DNA of 64,000 nt from Planctomycetota bacterium (GTDB taxonomy: Bacteria; Planctomycetota; JAPUJT01), in NCBI GenBank assembly GCA_027296055.1, contig JAPUJT010000021.1:1900-65899 (forward strand), given 5' to 3'. Below the pieces are notes generated by a model. It did not search any database. It was not told the origin of the DNA and saw only the letters and a list, made by a program, of their open reading frames with translations. Positions 1-9,400 of the stretch are shown piece after piece (the stretch's first letter is position 1; every line of letters starts with the position of its first letter). Both the position numbers and the translations under genes were made by a program.

Positions 1-771
1 CTGGTCCTCCTCTCGAGCCTGATCTTCGAAGGGGAGACGTCGTATGACAAGCTAGCCAAGTCCCTGGAGTCGGCCATCGGAGCCGTGCTCGTCGCGGACG
101 AGATCTCTCACCAGTACAACTTCTACTCCGTCGCCTTTCCCAACGCCCTTGCCGAGGGGTTGGCACAGTACACCGACACCCTCTTCGCCGAGCACGTGGC
201 CGGCATAGATGTCTTGCCCGTGCACGTCGAGCAGTACAGGCAGATATACCTGGGGAGCATCTCGACCGAGGCGGACGCTCCCATCATGGCCGAGGAGGCC
301 ACGGAGAGCGGGGCCTACATGGGGATCGTATTCAGCAAGGGGGCGTTCGTCGTTCACATGCTGAGGCGACTCGTCGGGGACGAGGAGTTCTTCGCCGGCC
401 TGAAGAAGACCTTCACCGACCTGCGCGGGAAGAAGTCCAGCCTCGACGACTTTCGCGCCGCGTTCGAATCGGTCTCCGGCAAAGACCTGAAGTGGTTCTT
501 CGATCAGTGGTACCACCGCGCGGGCTATCCGCGCCTCCGGATCGAGCAGCGATTCCTGAGCGATTCGTCGGAGCTGGAGATCGAGATCGAGCAGATCCAG
601 GAGGGTGAACCGTATCGCCTGCCCCTCGTCATTCGACTGGGCCCAGGCAGGACCGAGGAGCTCTTTGTGGATACGAGGCGCAAGACGGCTCGATTCAAGG
701 TGGCGGACGATTCCGTCCGAGCCACGGTCGATAACGCGGCGGATCTACTCGCGGAGATCGAGGTTCGATGA
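1..771 (+). CDS. M1-family (aminopeptidase N-like) metallopeptidase, C-terminal part; 5' end outside window
   Basis: Frame 1 is open from base 1. The translation ...LVADEISHQYNFYSVAFPNALAEGLAQY... corresponds to the M1 zinc-site region (HEXXH...E). ...DLKWFFDQWYHRAGYP... is the typical M1 catalytic/C-terminal domain junction. Stop TGA at 769-771. Confidence 0.7.
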   Translation: MVLLSSLIFEGETSYDKLAKSLESAIGAVLVADEISHQYNFYSVAFPNALAEGLAQYTDTLFAEHVAGIDVLPVHVEQYRQIYLGSISTEADAPIMAEEATESGAYMGIVFSKGAFVVHMLRRLVGDEEFFAGLKKTFTDLRGKKSSLDDFRAAFESVSGKDLKWFFDQWYHRAGYPRLRIEQRFLSDSSELEIEIEQIQEGEPYRLPLVIRLGPGRTEELFVDTRRKTARFKVADDSVRATVDNAADLLAEIEVR

Positions 772-789
772 TCCTGCGAGGAGGGCCCG

Positions 790-1115
790 GTGGTTGGCGG
801 CCCACGGCCGATCCTTGTCACGGCAGTCCCGACCGGCGCTAGCGAGGAGGAGGTCCCACTTGATCAGGTCATCCTCCGCGACGGCGACGACGCATTTCAC
901 CTGTGGGTGGCGGAAGTGAAAGTCGAGCTTCGTCTATATTCGCCTGAAGGACCTTTGCGCGCAACGGAACGCGTACACGAGGGAGTTGCTCACCTGACGC
1001 CCGTCGAGTAGTTCCTGGCTTGATCCTGTGCCCGGAGCAGATCGAGGTAGATAACGACTCCGTCCGTGCCACGATCGAAAACGCCGCTGATCTGCTCGAG
1101 GAATTTCATCACGAC
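790..1115 (+). pseudogene. Decayed, frame-disrupted tandem duplicate of the last ~115 codons of the upstream peptidase gene
   Basis: Nucleotides 1053-1110 are about 80% identical to 705-762 by hand alignment of ~50 nt. Encoded peptides are DSVRATIENAADLLEEF versus DSVRATVDNAADLLAEI, with a copy offset of 348 nt. The copy is split over two frames (790-1011 and 1020-1115) and lacks an own start or stop context. Confidence 0.3.
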
Positions 1116-1242
1116 TGGTCATCTCACCGTTCCCCGATATGCAGTTTTTCCAAAACGGCAGCGTCTCTCTCTAGGGATGGAGAGATCATCCGGACCAGGC
1201 GAACATTCCAACTGACTCGCTGGGGGAGAGGGAGATGGTGCT

Positions 1243-3150
1243 ATGTCGAGGTGCGCCGCTGTCCTACTCTTGAGCTTATGTGTCTCCTGTGGTTGCAAAG
1301 CCAGTACCGGTAGTAGTAAAAGCGGGGTCGGTTGGTGGTATAGCACCCAATCGATCTCCGTCATCGCGAGCCCCAGCACGGCCGCCGACACTACCGAGGC
1401 GCCCGGAAGCAGACGCGTTCCGCTACTCGGGATCGTCGTGGCGAATCCTTTAACTGTCCCTTTCACCGTGACAGGGATCCGCGTGCACGGGGAGGGTGAC
1501 CTGGAGGCCGTCGAGACCCTCGGCCTCTACCTCGACGCGGATGAGAACAGCATCGTACTCCCGGGAGAGACGCCCCTGTGGTCCGGAGGTTTCGGCAATG
1601 CGGAAGCCGAGGCGGTGAACCTGCGAGTGGAGATCCCTGGCCAGACGGCCGTGACGATCCTCCTCTGCGGTGATCTCGATCCAGCCGCGCCGGATGGCGC
1701 GACGTTCCGTGTCTCGGTGGATGGCGCCAACGGCGACCTGATCACCGCTCCGGTCCATTCCGGGGGGGAGATCGTCGGTCTGGCGACTTCCGGTCGGAGA
1801 ACCGTGGGGAGCACGGGGACGATCGTCATTTCACCGGTGATGCCTCGCCGCGGCCCGTTCTCCTCCCCGGGAGACACGGAGGTACCGGCGGTCGCCGCCC
1901 TGGTTCGGGCCTCCAGCGTCGAGGAGGTTCGGGATCTGCAGCTCGACATCGAAGGCTGGGGAGCCATCGCGGGATGGAGCGAGTTCAGCTGGAGCCTCTG
2001 GCTGGATGGAGACGGGGATGGCGCCGTGGGCTCCCCCTCCGACCTCCCCGTCGCGACCGGCATCGGGCTTCGGCCAGGGGAACCTCCCCGCCCGGTGACT
2101 CTACCCGACCCACTAGCCGCCGGGGAATCCCTGCGCCTCGTGCTCGCCGCGGACATAGGCATGGGCGCGGTCGATAGAGGTCTGTTCGGAGGGAAGGTTT
2201 CTCTCCTCGGCGGGACGGGCGCGTCCTCCGGGGCGAGCGTGGCGCTGGGAGGTGATTCCGTCCAGAGCGCAATCCGCGTCGGCACCGTAGGGATCATCGT
2301 CGCCGCCGGCTATGGCCTCTCCATCCTCGATCCCGATTCCGACGCACCCCTCGCCGTGCTGCCGGGCTACTGGCACGCGGACGGGGGAGTGGTCCTCGAT
2401 CCGCAGGGCCGATGGGCGGCGACGGCCACAGGCTGTCCTGGCCAGGTCATCGTCGTCGACCTCCTGGGCCTGAAGGAGGGGGGACGGATCCCCCTCCCGG
2501 CGTACCCCCGATCGATGGTGGCCGCGCCGTCAGGGGACCGGGTTTTCGTGAGCCTGAGATCGCGTAGAGGAGTGGCCGAGCTGACCATCAACCCGGACCT
2601 ATCGGGCGGATCCGTGACTCGGATACTCGTTCCGGGGCAGGCGGAAGGGAAGATGAGCATTCACCCGACGGAGGACCACCTGTACCTTGCTCAGGAGACC
2701 GGGCAGATCCAGGTGATCGATGCCTCCTCGGGGAACCTCGTCCGGACGCTCAGCGGGCCACCCCCCGCATCGTTGGACATCACGGCAGATGGAAGTCACC
2801 TTCTGGTAGTCTCTGATACCGGCGGCCTGGCGGCTGTTCCGGTCGACGGCGGACCCTCACAGGATACGGGCCTTGCGGGCGGGCTGGACATCGCCGTCTC
2901 GCCGGATGGCGGCGAAGCCTACTTCCTCGGCCCGGACAGCGTGCAGGTGCTGGAAACCGCTGGCTTCTCGGTCACCGAGATCCGGACTTTCGCCACTCCC
3001 GGCAGGGCCGTGGCGGCGGGGGCACGGGCAGGCCGGGCCGTGGTACTGGACGAGGGCGGTCACCTGTTTGTCCTCGACCGCGGGTCGGAGGCGCACAGGA
3101 GCCTGTCGGGAGCGAACGTAGCTGCCTGGGCGATCGACGTGGTGAAGTGA
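1243..3150 (+). CDS. Secreted lipoprotein with C-terminal YVTN/YncE-like beta-propeller repeats; function unknown
   Basis: RBS GGGAGAGGGAG lies ~8 nt upstream of the ATG. Signal peptide with Cys-rich lipobox region MSRCAAVLLLSLCVSCGC. The C-terminal half has repeated propeller-like blades (DRVFVSL, DHLYLAQETGQIQVID, DGSHLLVVSD, DGGEAYFLG). Confidence 0.6.
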   Translation: MSRCAAVLLLSLCVSCGCKASTGSSKSGVGWWYSTQSISVIASPSTAADTTEAPGSRRVPLLGIVVANPLTVPFTVTGIRVHGEGDLEAVETLGLYLDADENSIVLPGETPLWSGGFGNAEAEAVNLRVEIPGQTAVTILLCGDLDPAAPDGATFRVSVDGANGDLITAPVHSGGEIVGLATSGRRTVGSTGTIVISPVMPRRGPFSSPGDTEVPAVAALVRASSVEEVRDLQLDIEGWGAIAGWSEFSWSLWLDGDGDGAVGSPSDLPVATGIGLRPGEPPRPVTLPDPLAAGESLRLVLAADIGMGAVDRGLFGGKVSLLGGTGASSGASVALGGDSVQSAIRVGTVGIIVAAGYGLSILDPDSDAPLAVLPGYWHADGGVVLDPQGRWAATATGCPGQVIVVDLLGLKEGGRIPLPAYPRSMVAAPSGDRVFVSLRSRRGVAELTINPDLSGGSVTRILVPGQAEGKMSIHPTEDHLYLAQETGQIQVIDASSGNLVRTLSGPPPASLDITADGSHLLVVSDTGGLAAVPVDGGPSQDTGLAGGLDIAVSPDGGEAYFLGPDSVQVLETAGFSVTEIRTFATPGRAVAAGARAGRAVVLDEGGHLFVLDRGSEAHRSLSGANVAAWAIDVVK

Positions 3151-3154
3151 GACT

Positions 3155-3171
3155 CTTTCGAACTCCGAAAG
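3155..3171 (+). terminator. Weak hairpin downstream of the lipoprotein gene
   Basis: CTTTCG-aactc-CGAAAG (6-bp stem), 5 nt after the stop, followed by a partly T-rich tract (caccgtttctcc). Confidence 0.25.
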
Positions 3172-3233
3172 CACCGTTTCTCCTCGCAATCCCGGGATGA
3201 CGCCGTCGGCCCCCCGTGTAAAATGGGGGGCCA

Positions 3234-6200
3234 ATGGCTTCCCTACCTTCGGAGAGGATCCTTATCACCGGGCCGGCCGGCAGCGGGAAGACCCATGCCG
3301 TGCTCCGGGAGGTCCTCGCCGCCTTCACCCAGTTCGATCCCGGCGGCAAGAGCGAGGGGACACTCTGTATCCTCCCCACCTACGGTCAGGTGGAGCACAT
3401 CAAGCGGCGTTTCCTCACTTTCGCCGAGACCGACGCCCTCTTCGATCCCCCCTTCCTTACTTTCACCGGTCTCTACGAGAGGTTGTTTCCAGGCCGGCGG
3501 ATTCGCCACCTCGCGTCGGCAATGGAGCGGCGCCATCTGATCGAGCAGGCGATCCGGAGGGCGAACGTCCCGGCCTTCCGGCGCGTTCAGGACACGCCGG
3601 GGTTCCGGGAACGGGCCCTGGGGGTGATCAAGGAGATCCGGGAGAACGGCCTCGGCGCGGACGAGATCCAGGATGAGATGGAGACGGAATTCCCGGGAGA
3701 TGATCCGGCTGCGCGGAGGATCCGCGGTTTCCTGCGCATCGCCCTCTTCTACCAGGAAGCAATGCAGCAAACGGGCGTTACGGATCATGAAGGGGCCCTG
3801 GTCGAGGCCCGTGATGCGATTCGCGGTGGAGACGCCCCGGCACTCGAGTTGCTCGCCGTCGAGGGATTCACCAACTTCACGCGCCTCGAGTTTCACATCC
3901 TCGAGGCGCTATCGGATCGGGCGCGCCGAGTGCTGGTGACGTTGCCGAGAGATCGGAGTCGGGGGATAGGCCTTTTCCGGACCTCTTCCGCGACGCGCGA
4001 GGCGTTCATCGAGCTGGGCTTCAGGGAGAGCGAGCTACAGGGTAACCGGCGCACCGGACAGGCGGCGCTCCATCATGTCTCTCAGGAACTCTTCAGTGAC
4101 GAGGCGCGGACGGTTCCGTCGGATGGCAAGGTCCGTCGAATCGTAGGGGCCGACCGGCGGTCGGAGGTGGACTGCATCGCCCGCGAGATTGGCCGTCTCC
4201 AGAGGGGAGAAGTCCCGAGTCTACCGGGCGATCCACCACCCCTTCGCGAGATCGGGATCATCGTCAGGAGGCTCGACCTCTATCGTGACCTGATCCCCGC
4301 TCTTTTCGACCGCCACGGGATCCCGGTAAGGCTCGTCCAGGATCCCCTTCCTTTGAGGTCGGAACCGATAGTGCGTCATGCGCTCGGTTATCTCTCTGCC
4401 ATCGCCGGTCCGTTCGATGGGCAGGAGACCCTGAGGTACCTGCTCTCGGGGCATGTAGGCCTCGGGGACGCCTCCGGTGGGAAGAGAGACGGCCTGCAAG
4501 GTGAAATCCATGAAGGGGCGAGCCAGCTGGAGGAGAGGGCTCGGCAATTCGGGATGCCGAAGACGCTTCAGAGCCTGCTCGAAGGGCGTCCCGCGGGAGG
4601 CGACGGTTGGGCGTCCTTCCTGCTCGAATGGCGGGAGCGTCTTGCCGAGCCACGAGGGCCCGAGGATATGGCGGCGCTCATCGAGGATGCACTGGCGGGT
4701 GGAATCCGCCCCGCCTTCGAATCGAGAGGCGGGTCCGCCGATGGCGATCCGGTCTTCTGGCACGATCGATTCCGCAGGGAATCGGCCGCCCTGGCCTCCC
4801 TGAGAGATGCGGTGCGCGAATCCGGGAGCCCGCTCCTCTGGGGAGGGACGAGGGCTTCGGTCTCGGCGGCCGACCTTCTCCGGACGGTGGCCGAGGCCGT
4901 CCTCGAATCCAAGGTCCCCCTCCGGGACCGCCGGCTGAACTGCGTCAACGTGATCGATGCGAGGGAGGCGCGTCACTGGGACTCGTTGCGGGTCGTCTTC
5001 GTGGCCGGCCTCCTGGAGAAAGAATTCCCGATCTACCCGAGGGAGGACATCTTCATCCGGGACAGCGAGCGCAGGCAGCTCAACGAGAATACGAAGCTCA
5101 GTCTTCGTGAGAACCTGCGTCAGCGGGATGAGGAGCGCTACCTCTTCTATGTGGCGGCGACGAGGGCGCGTGACCTGTTGTATCTGTGCAATCCGGCGCA
5201 CGATTCCAGCGGGAACGAGACGCGGGCCTCCCTGTACGTGGCCGAGATGAGTCGCCTCTTTCCGGAAGGGGGAATCGAAATCGAGGAGGCCACGTTGGCT
5301 GACCCGTGTCCGCTCCCCGACAGGGCCAGCTTGCGGGAGGATCTGGAGATGGGCATCGCCCGTTCCATCGGGTCCGCTCCCCCGCCGGAAGTTCTCGCCC
5401 TGTACGAGACGGCTCCCGATCGGTCCATCTTTTCGAACGGGAGGGCATTTGTCAGGGCGAGGGGGGCGAGCCTGGAAGCCGAGGACCTGCGTGAGGCGAT
5501 CCATCAGGCCGTTCGCCACGTCTCGGCCAGCGGCATCAACGATTTCATCCGATGCCCCCATCTCTACTTCGTGACGCGGGTCCTGAGGCTCGGTGAGCCG
5601 CCTGCCGGAATCGAGGAGCGACTCGACTATCGGGACATCGGATCCATCGCCCATCGCGCTCTTCATCGATACCACGAAGCGGGAGGGAAGAGACCGATCC
5701 ACGATGTGATCCAGGAGGCTTTGGAAGAAATCGTGGGTCAACTCGATCTGGGTCTCCGCCGCGAGGTCGCGCTCGACGAGCTCAGGAGGTCCCTGGGTTA
5801 CACGCTGGAGCGAGAGGCAAAAGACGAAGGTCCCTTCAAGCCGGCGGCCCTCGAAACGAAGCTGGAAAGCGTCGTTCTCCCCTTGCCCGACGGGGACATC
5901 CGCCTCGAGGGGAGGCTCGATCGAATTGACGAGGCCGAGATCGATGGGAGGCGCTTGCGCATCCTCGTGGACTACAAGCGCAGCAAGGGTTTCCGGAAGC
6001 GGACCCTCGAGATGCTCGAGGAGATGACCGACGTCCAGCTCCCCTTCTACCTGCTGGCCTCGCGGATCGCGGGCGGCGCCCCCGTCGTGGGCGTGGAGCT
6101 TTACCCGTTACGGGAGCGGACCCGAGGCGGGATCTACCTGAAGGATGTGGAGGCGCAAGTCGGAGGACGCGTCGAGTCGAAGCGATATTCTCTCTTCCTC

Positions 6201-6407
6201 TCAGAGGATGAGTTCGAGAGCTGGGTGGATCTCTGCAGGGATGTTGTCTCCAAGGCGATCCATCGGATCCGAGCAGGCGATCTGGGACGGGAGCCGGTCG
6301 AGCCCGCGGCGTGTACTCCCGATGGCTGCTCCGCGTACCTGATCTGCCGCCCGGACCGTCGGCGCCTCTATGCGGCGAACCGCGGTCGGGAGGGAGGGCC
6401 ACGATGA
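3234..6407 (+). CDS. addB: AddB-type helicase-nuclease subunit (PD-(D/E)XK nuclease with Fe-S Cys cluster)
   Basis: N-terminal Walker A ITGPAGSGKTHAVL. C-terminal RecB-type nuclease motif GRLDRIDE...RILVDYKRSKG. Four-Cys pattern FIRCPHLYF ... CTPDGCSAYLIC. The stop overlaps the start of the next gene (ATGA, 6404-6407). Confidence 0.75.
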   Translation: MASLPSERILITGPAGSGKTHAVLREVLAAFTQFDPGGKSEGTLCILPTYGQVEHIKRRFLTFAETDALFDPPFLTFTGLYERLFPGRRIRHLASAMERRHLIEQAIRRANVPAFRRVQDTPGFRERALGVIKEIRENGLGADEIQDEMETEFPGDDPAARRIRGFLRIALFYQEAMQQTGVTDHEGALVEARDAIRGGDAPALELLAVEGFTNFTRLEFHILEALSDRARRVLVTLPRDRSRGIGLFRTSSATREAFIELGFRESELQGNRRTGQAALHHVSQELFSDEARTVPSDGKVRRIVGADRRSEVDCIAREIGRLQRGEVPSLPGDPPPLREIGIIVRRLDLYRDLIPALFDRHGIPVRLVQDPLPLRSEPIVRHALGYLSAIAGPFDGQETLRYLLSGHVGLGDASGGKRDGLQGEIHEGASQLEERARQFGMPKTLQSLLEGRPAGGDGWASFLLEWRERLAEPRGPEDMAALIEDALAGGIRPAFESRGGSADGDPVFWHDRFRRESAALASLRDAVRESGSPLLWGGTRASVSAADLLRTVAEAVLESKVPLRDRRLNCVNVIDAREARHWDSLRVVFVAGLLEKEFPIYPREDIFIRDSERRQLNENTKLSLRENLRQRDEERYLFYVAATRARDLLYLCNPAHDSSGNETRASLYVAEMSRLFPEGGIEIEEATLADPCPLPDRASLREDLEMGIARSIGSAPPPEVLALYETAPDRSIFSNGRAFVRARGASLEAEDLREAIHQAVRHVSASGINDFIRCPHLYFVTRVLRLGEPPAGIEERLDYRDIGSIAHRALHRYHEAGGKRPIHDVIQEALEEIVGQLDLGLRREVALDELRRSLGYTLEREAKDEGPFKPAALETKLESVVLPLPDGDIRLEGRLDRIDEAEIDGRRLRILVDYKRSKGFRKRTLEMLEEMTDVQLPFYLLASRIAGGAPVVGVELYPLRERTRGGIYLKDVEAQVGGRVESKRYSLFLSEDEFESWVDLCRDVVSKAIHRIRAGDLGREPVEPAACTPDGCSAYLICRPDRRRLYAANRGREGGPR

Positions 6408-9400
6408 AAGACCCCTCGAGTCTCCTCGGGACAGGCCCCTCGAGTCCCCTGGGGGCAGGCCTGAATCCGCGACAGCGGGAGGCGGTCGAGACGACGGGTC
6501 GCGATCTGCTCGTCCGGGCCGGGGCGGGGACGGGCAAGACTCGAGTGCTGGCTCATCGCTTCCATCACCTCGTCGAGAGGGAGGAAGTCCCGATCGATCA
6601 GATCCTTGCCATCACGTTCACGGAGAAGGCAGCGGCGGAGATGCGGAGTCGGGTGGCGGCGCTGTTCCAGTCCGCCGAGATGAGGGAGCAGATAGAGTTC
6701 GCCCCGATCTCGACGATTCACGCCTTCTGCGCCCGGCTCATCCGGGAGGAGGCCATAGACGGCGGTGTTGATCCGAACTTCACCGTCGTCGAGGAGGTGG
6801 AGGCCCGCGACCTTCTCGATCAGGCCTTCGAAGAGACCAGCCGCCGGTGGATTCGTGACCGGCGTCCGGATCTGGACGCGCTCCTCGCGATCCATGCCGA
6901 CGCCGCACACCTTCAGGGCGAGATCCTGGACATTTACGACAAGGTGCGAAGCACGCCCATCTCCTTCGAAGATCTTCACCTCGCGCGGCTGGACGTAGAC
7001 GTCGATGAGCTCCTCGACCGGATCGCTGCGATCCGACTCGAGATGGAAGTCGCGACGCGGTCGCTCAAGCCCGATCGAGCGGAAATCCTGAGACCCCTTC
7101 TGACCGCGCTGACCGGGCTCGCCGCCTCGGTGAAATCGCTCCCCCCGATCGAGGCGGCCGGGAAGATCGGTGAAATTGTCCGAGGCATAAATCTCGGTCG
7201 CTTTCGGAAGCCTCCGATCAAACCGCTCCTGAAGGAGCTCCGTGACACCTGCCTGGAGAAGCTCCGGGGAGTAGTCCTGGACGAAGTGGCGGCGGAACAT
7301 TTTGGCGGCGTGAGAGATTTTCTGGTCGATCTCGATTCGGCCTACACAGCCCTCAAGCGGGTAGGCTCCCACCTGGACTTTTCGGACCTGGAGAGAGAGG
7401 CCCTGGCTCTCCTGGGACGCCATCGGGAGGAGGGCCGACGTCCTCACAGGAGCTACCGGCACATCCTCGTGGATGAGTACCAGGACACGAATCCGATCCA
7501 GGAAGCCATCATCGAAGCGATCCGCGGAGGTGCGGAGCGTTTCGCCGTGGGTGACCCGGGACAGTCGATCTACCGATTCCGGGGCGCGGAGCTGGGGGCG
7601 CTCGTGGATTACGAGAGGGAGGTCGGGGAGCGAGGCACGATTCTTCTCGACAGGACGTATCGCCCGTCGCCGGCGTTGCTCGCCTTTCAGAACGCCTTCT
7701 TCGAGAAGCTCTTCGAGGAAGGGCCGATACGGTTTGCCCCCATGGAGCCGGGCGCCGAATTCGTTCCGAGGGAGAACCCAGCGGTCGAGATCCTCACAGC
7801 GACAGGGGACGACTCCCGATCGGCCCGAGACGCGGAGGCGGCGATGATCGCGAGGCGCGTGGAGGAGATAGTCAAAGGCAAGTCCCTCCGATTCACTCGC
7901 AAGGATCCGGACCGCCCGGACTTGGTGGGCAAGCCTATCGCAGAGGGGGACATCGCCATTCTTCTCCGCTCGGCGACTCACCTGGCCGTCTACGAGCGCG
8001 CCCTCGGCGCCCGCGGAATTCGATCGTTCGCCGGGATCGGGGGCGGCTTCTACTCTTCGCTCGAAGTGATGGACCTGGAGAATCTCCTTCGGGTGATTGT
8101 CCGACCGGATGATCGCACTGCCCTGGCGGCCTTCTTCGCATCACCCTTCGTGGGGATGACCGACCAAGACCTCCTCCGGTTCCTTGCCTGTTGGACAGGC
8201 GCGCCGGCCGGGACGCCCTGGCAGGAAGCGGTCCAGGCGGAGGGCCTGCCCCCCGACCTTGTCGAAAAGGTCCGACGGGCCCATGGCGTGGTGCGGTCCC
8301 TGCGAGAGGTCGAGGGAGTGGGAGGGCTCCTCGATCTCGTCGAGAGGATGATCCGTGTGGGGCGGTACGATCTCGTGACGCTCCTGCAGCAAGGAGGCAC
8401 GCGCCGCCTGGCGAACTTGCGAAAGCTGGAGGGTATCGCCCGCCGCCTGGACAGAGACGGTGGCCACGGGGCGCGAGATTTCCTACGGATGATAGAGGAC
8501 TTGAGGGATCGGGACAGCCGTGAGGCAGAGGCCGCCGTGGGCTCGGAGGCCGAGGAGGTCGTCCGGATCATGACGGTTCACGGCGCGAAGGGTCTGGAGT
8601 TTCCAGTCGTGATTCTGGCGAACCTCGCGGCCCGGCCCCGGCTGGAGACCGCGCCGATCCGATCGGATCGGCGCGGAGGCATCGCATTCAAGATCCATGG
8701 AGACGAACCTAGGAGATCGCTCGAGCCCGGAGGTTACGCCGCTCTGGCCCAGGCGGAGAGCATCGCCGCCACCGCGGAGGAGAGGCGCCTCCTCTACGTG
8801 GCCATGACGAGGGTCCAGGAGCACCTGATTCTCTCATGCGGTATCTCTCCACGCCGGGCGTCCTGGTCCGAGTGGTTGAAAGACGTCCTTCGGATCTGTG
8901 ATATCGCCGACCCCACGGAGGCGGGACGCCATTCGCTCGGGGAGGGAACCTTCGATGTGCTCACCACGGAAGGAATCGAACAACCTGCCCTGAGGGGACT
9001 CGAAGGGACTGCCCCGAGGCGACTCGAAGGGACTGCCCCGGCGGAGAAGGTCCCCACCGAGGGGGTCCTCGAGGCCGTGCAGGCGGGCAGGGGAATCGGG
9101 CCGCTGCCCGAAGCGGACCTCGTCAAGGCGCGCGCCTCGTGGGAGAGAGTCTCGAAGCCAGGTGGCGCTCTGGACGTCGTTCCGTTCATCGCCTCGACCT
9201 CCGAACTCATCCGGTTCGACGCCTGTCCCCTCGCGTACTTCTGGTCGGGTCTCGTGGGTGTCTGGGAGGGCCACCGCTCACCGCCGGAGCAGTCTGTCCC
9301 CTTCGCGCGGCCGGGTGAGGATGAGGTCCTCGACCGCGAAGATCGCAGGCGGATGGGGACCGCTGTGCACGCGATCCTGGAGACTTGCTCTCTTGACCGT

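Noticed and set aside
4221-5741. Long minus-strand ORF (506 aa) inside addB. The same pattern occurs at 6368-7981, 30365-31663, 53310-54497, 54412-55527 and 56012-57037 (minus), and at 43986-45077, 61218-62396, 32617-33597 and 40534-41445 (plus).
   Set aside because: These are shadow ORFs typical of high-GC DNA. Their translations are Arg/Pro/Gly-rich and low in complexity. Each is fully overlapped by an opposite-strand gene with strong family motifs.
6412-9035. Inverted repeats read as termini of an IS/MITE or composite transposon.
   Set aside because: There is no transposase and there are no target-site duplications. The enclosed DNA is the contiguous, in-frame helicase core of addA. It is retained as a repeat observation only.
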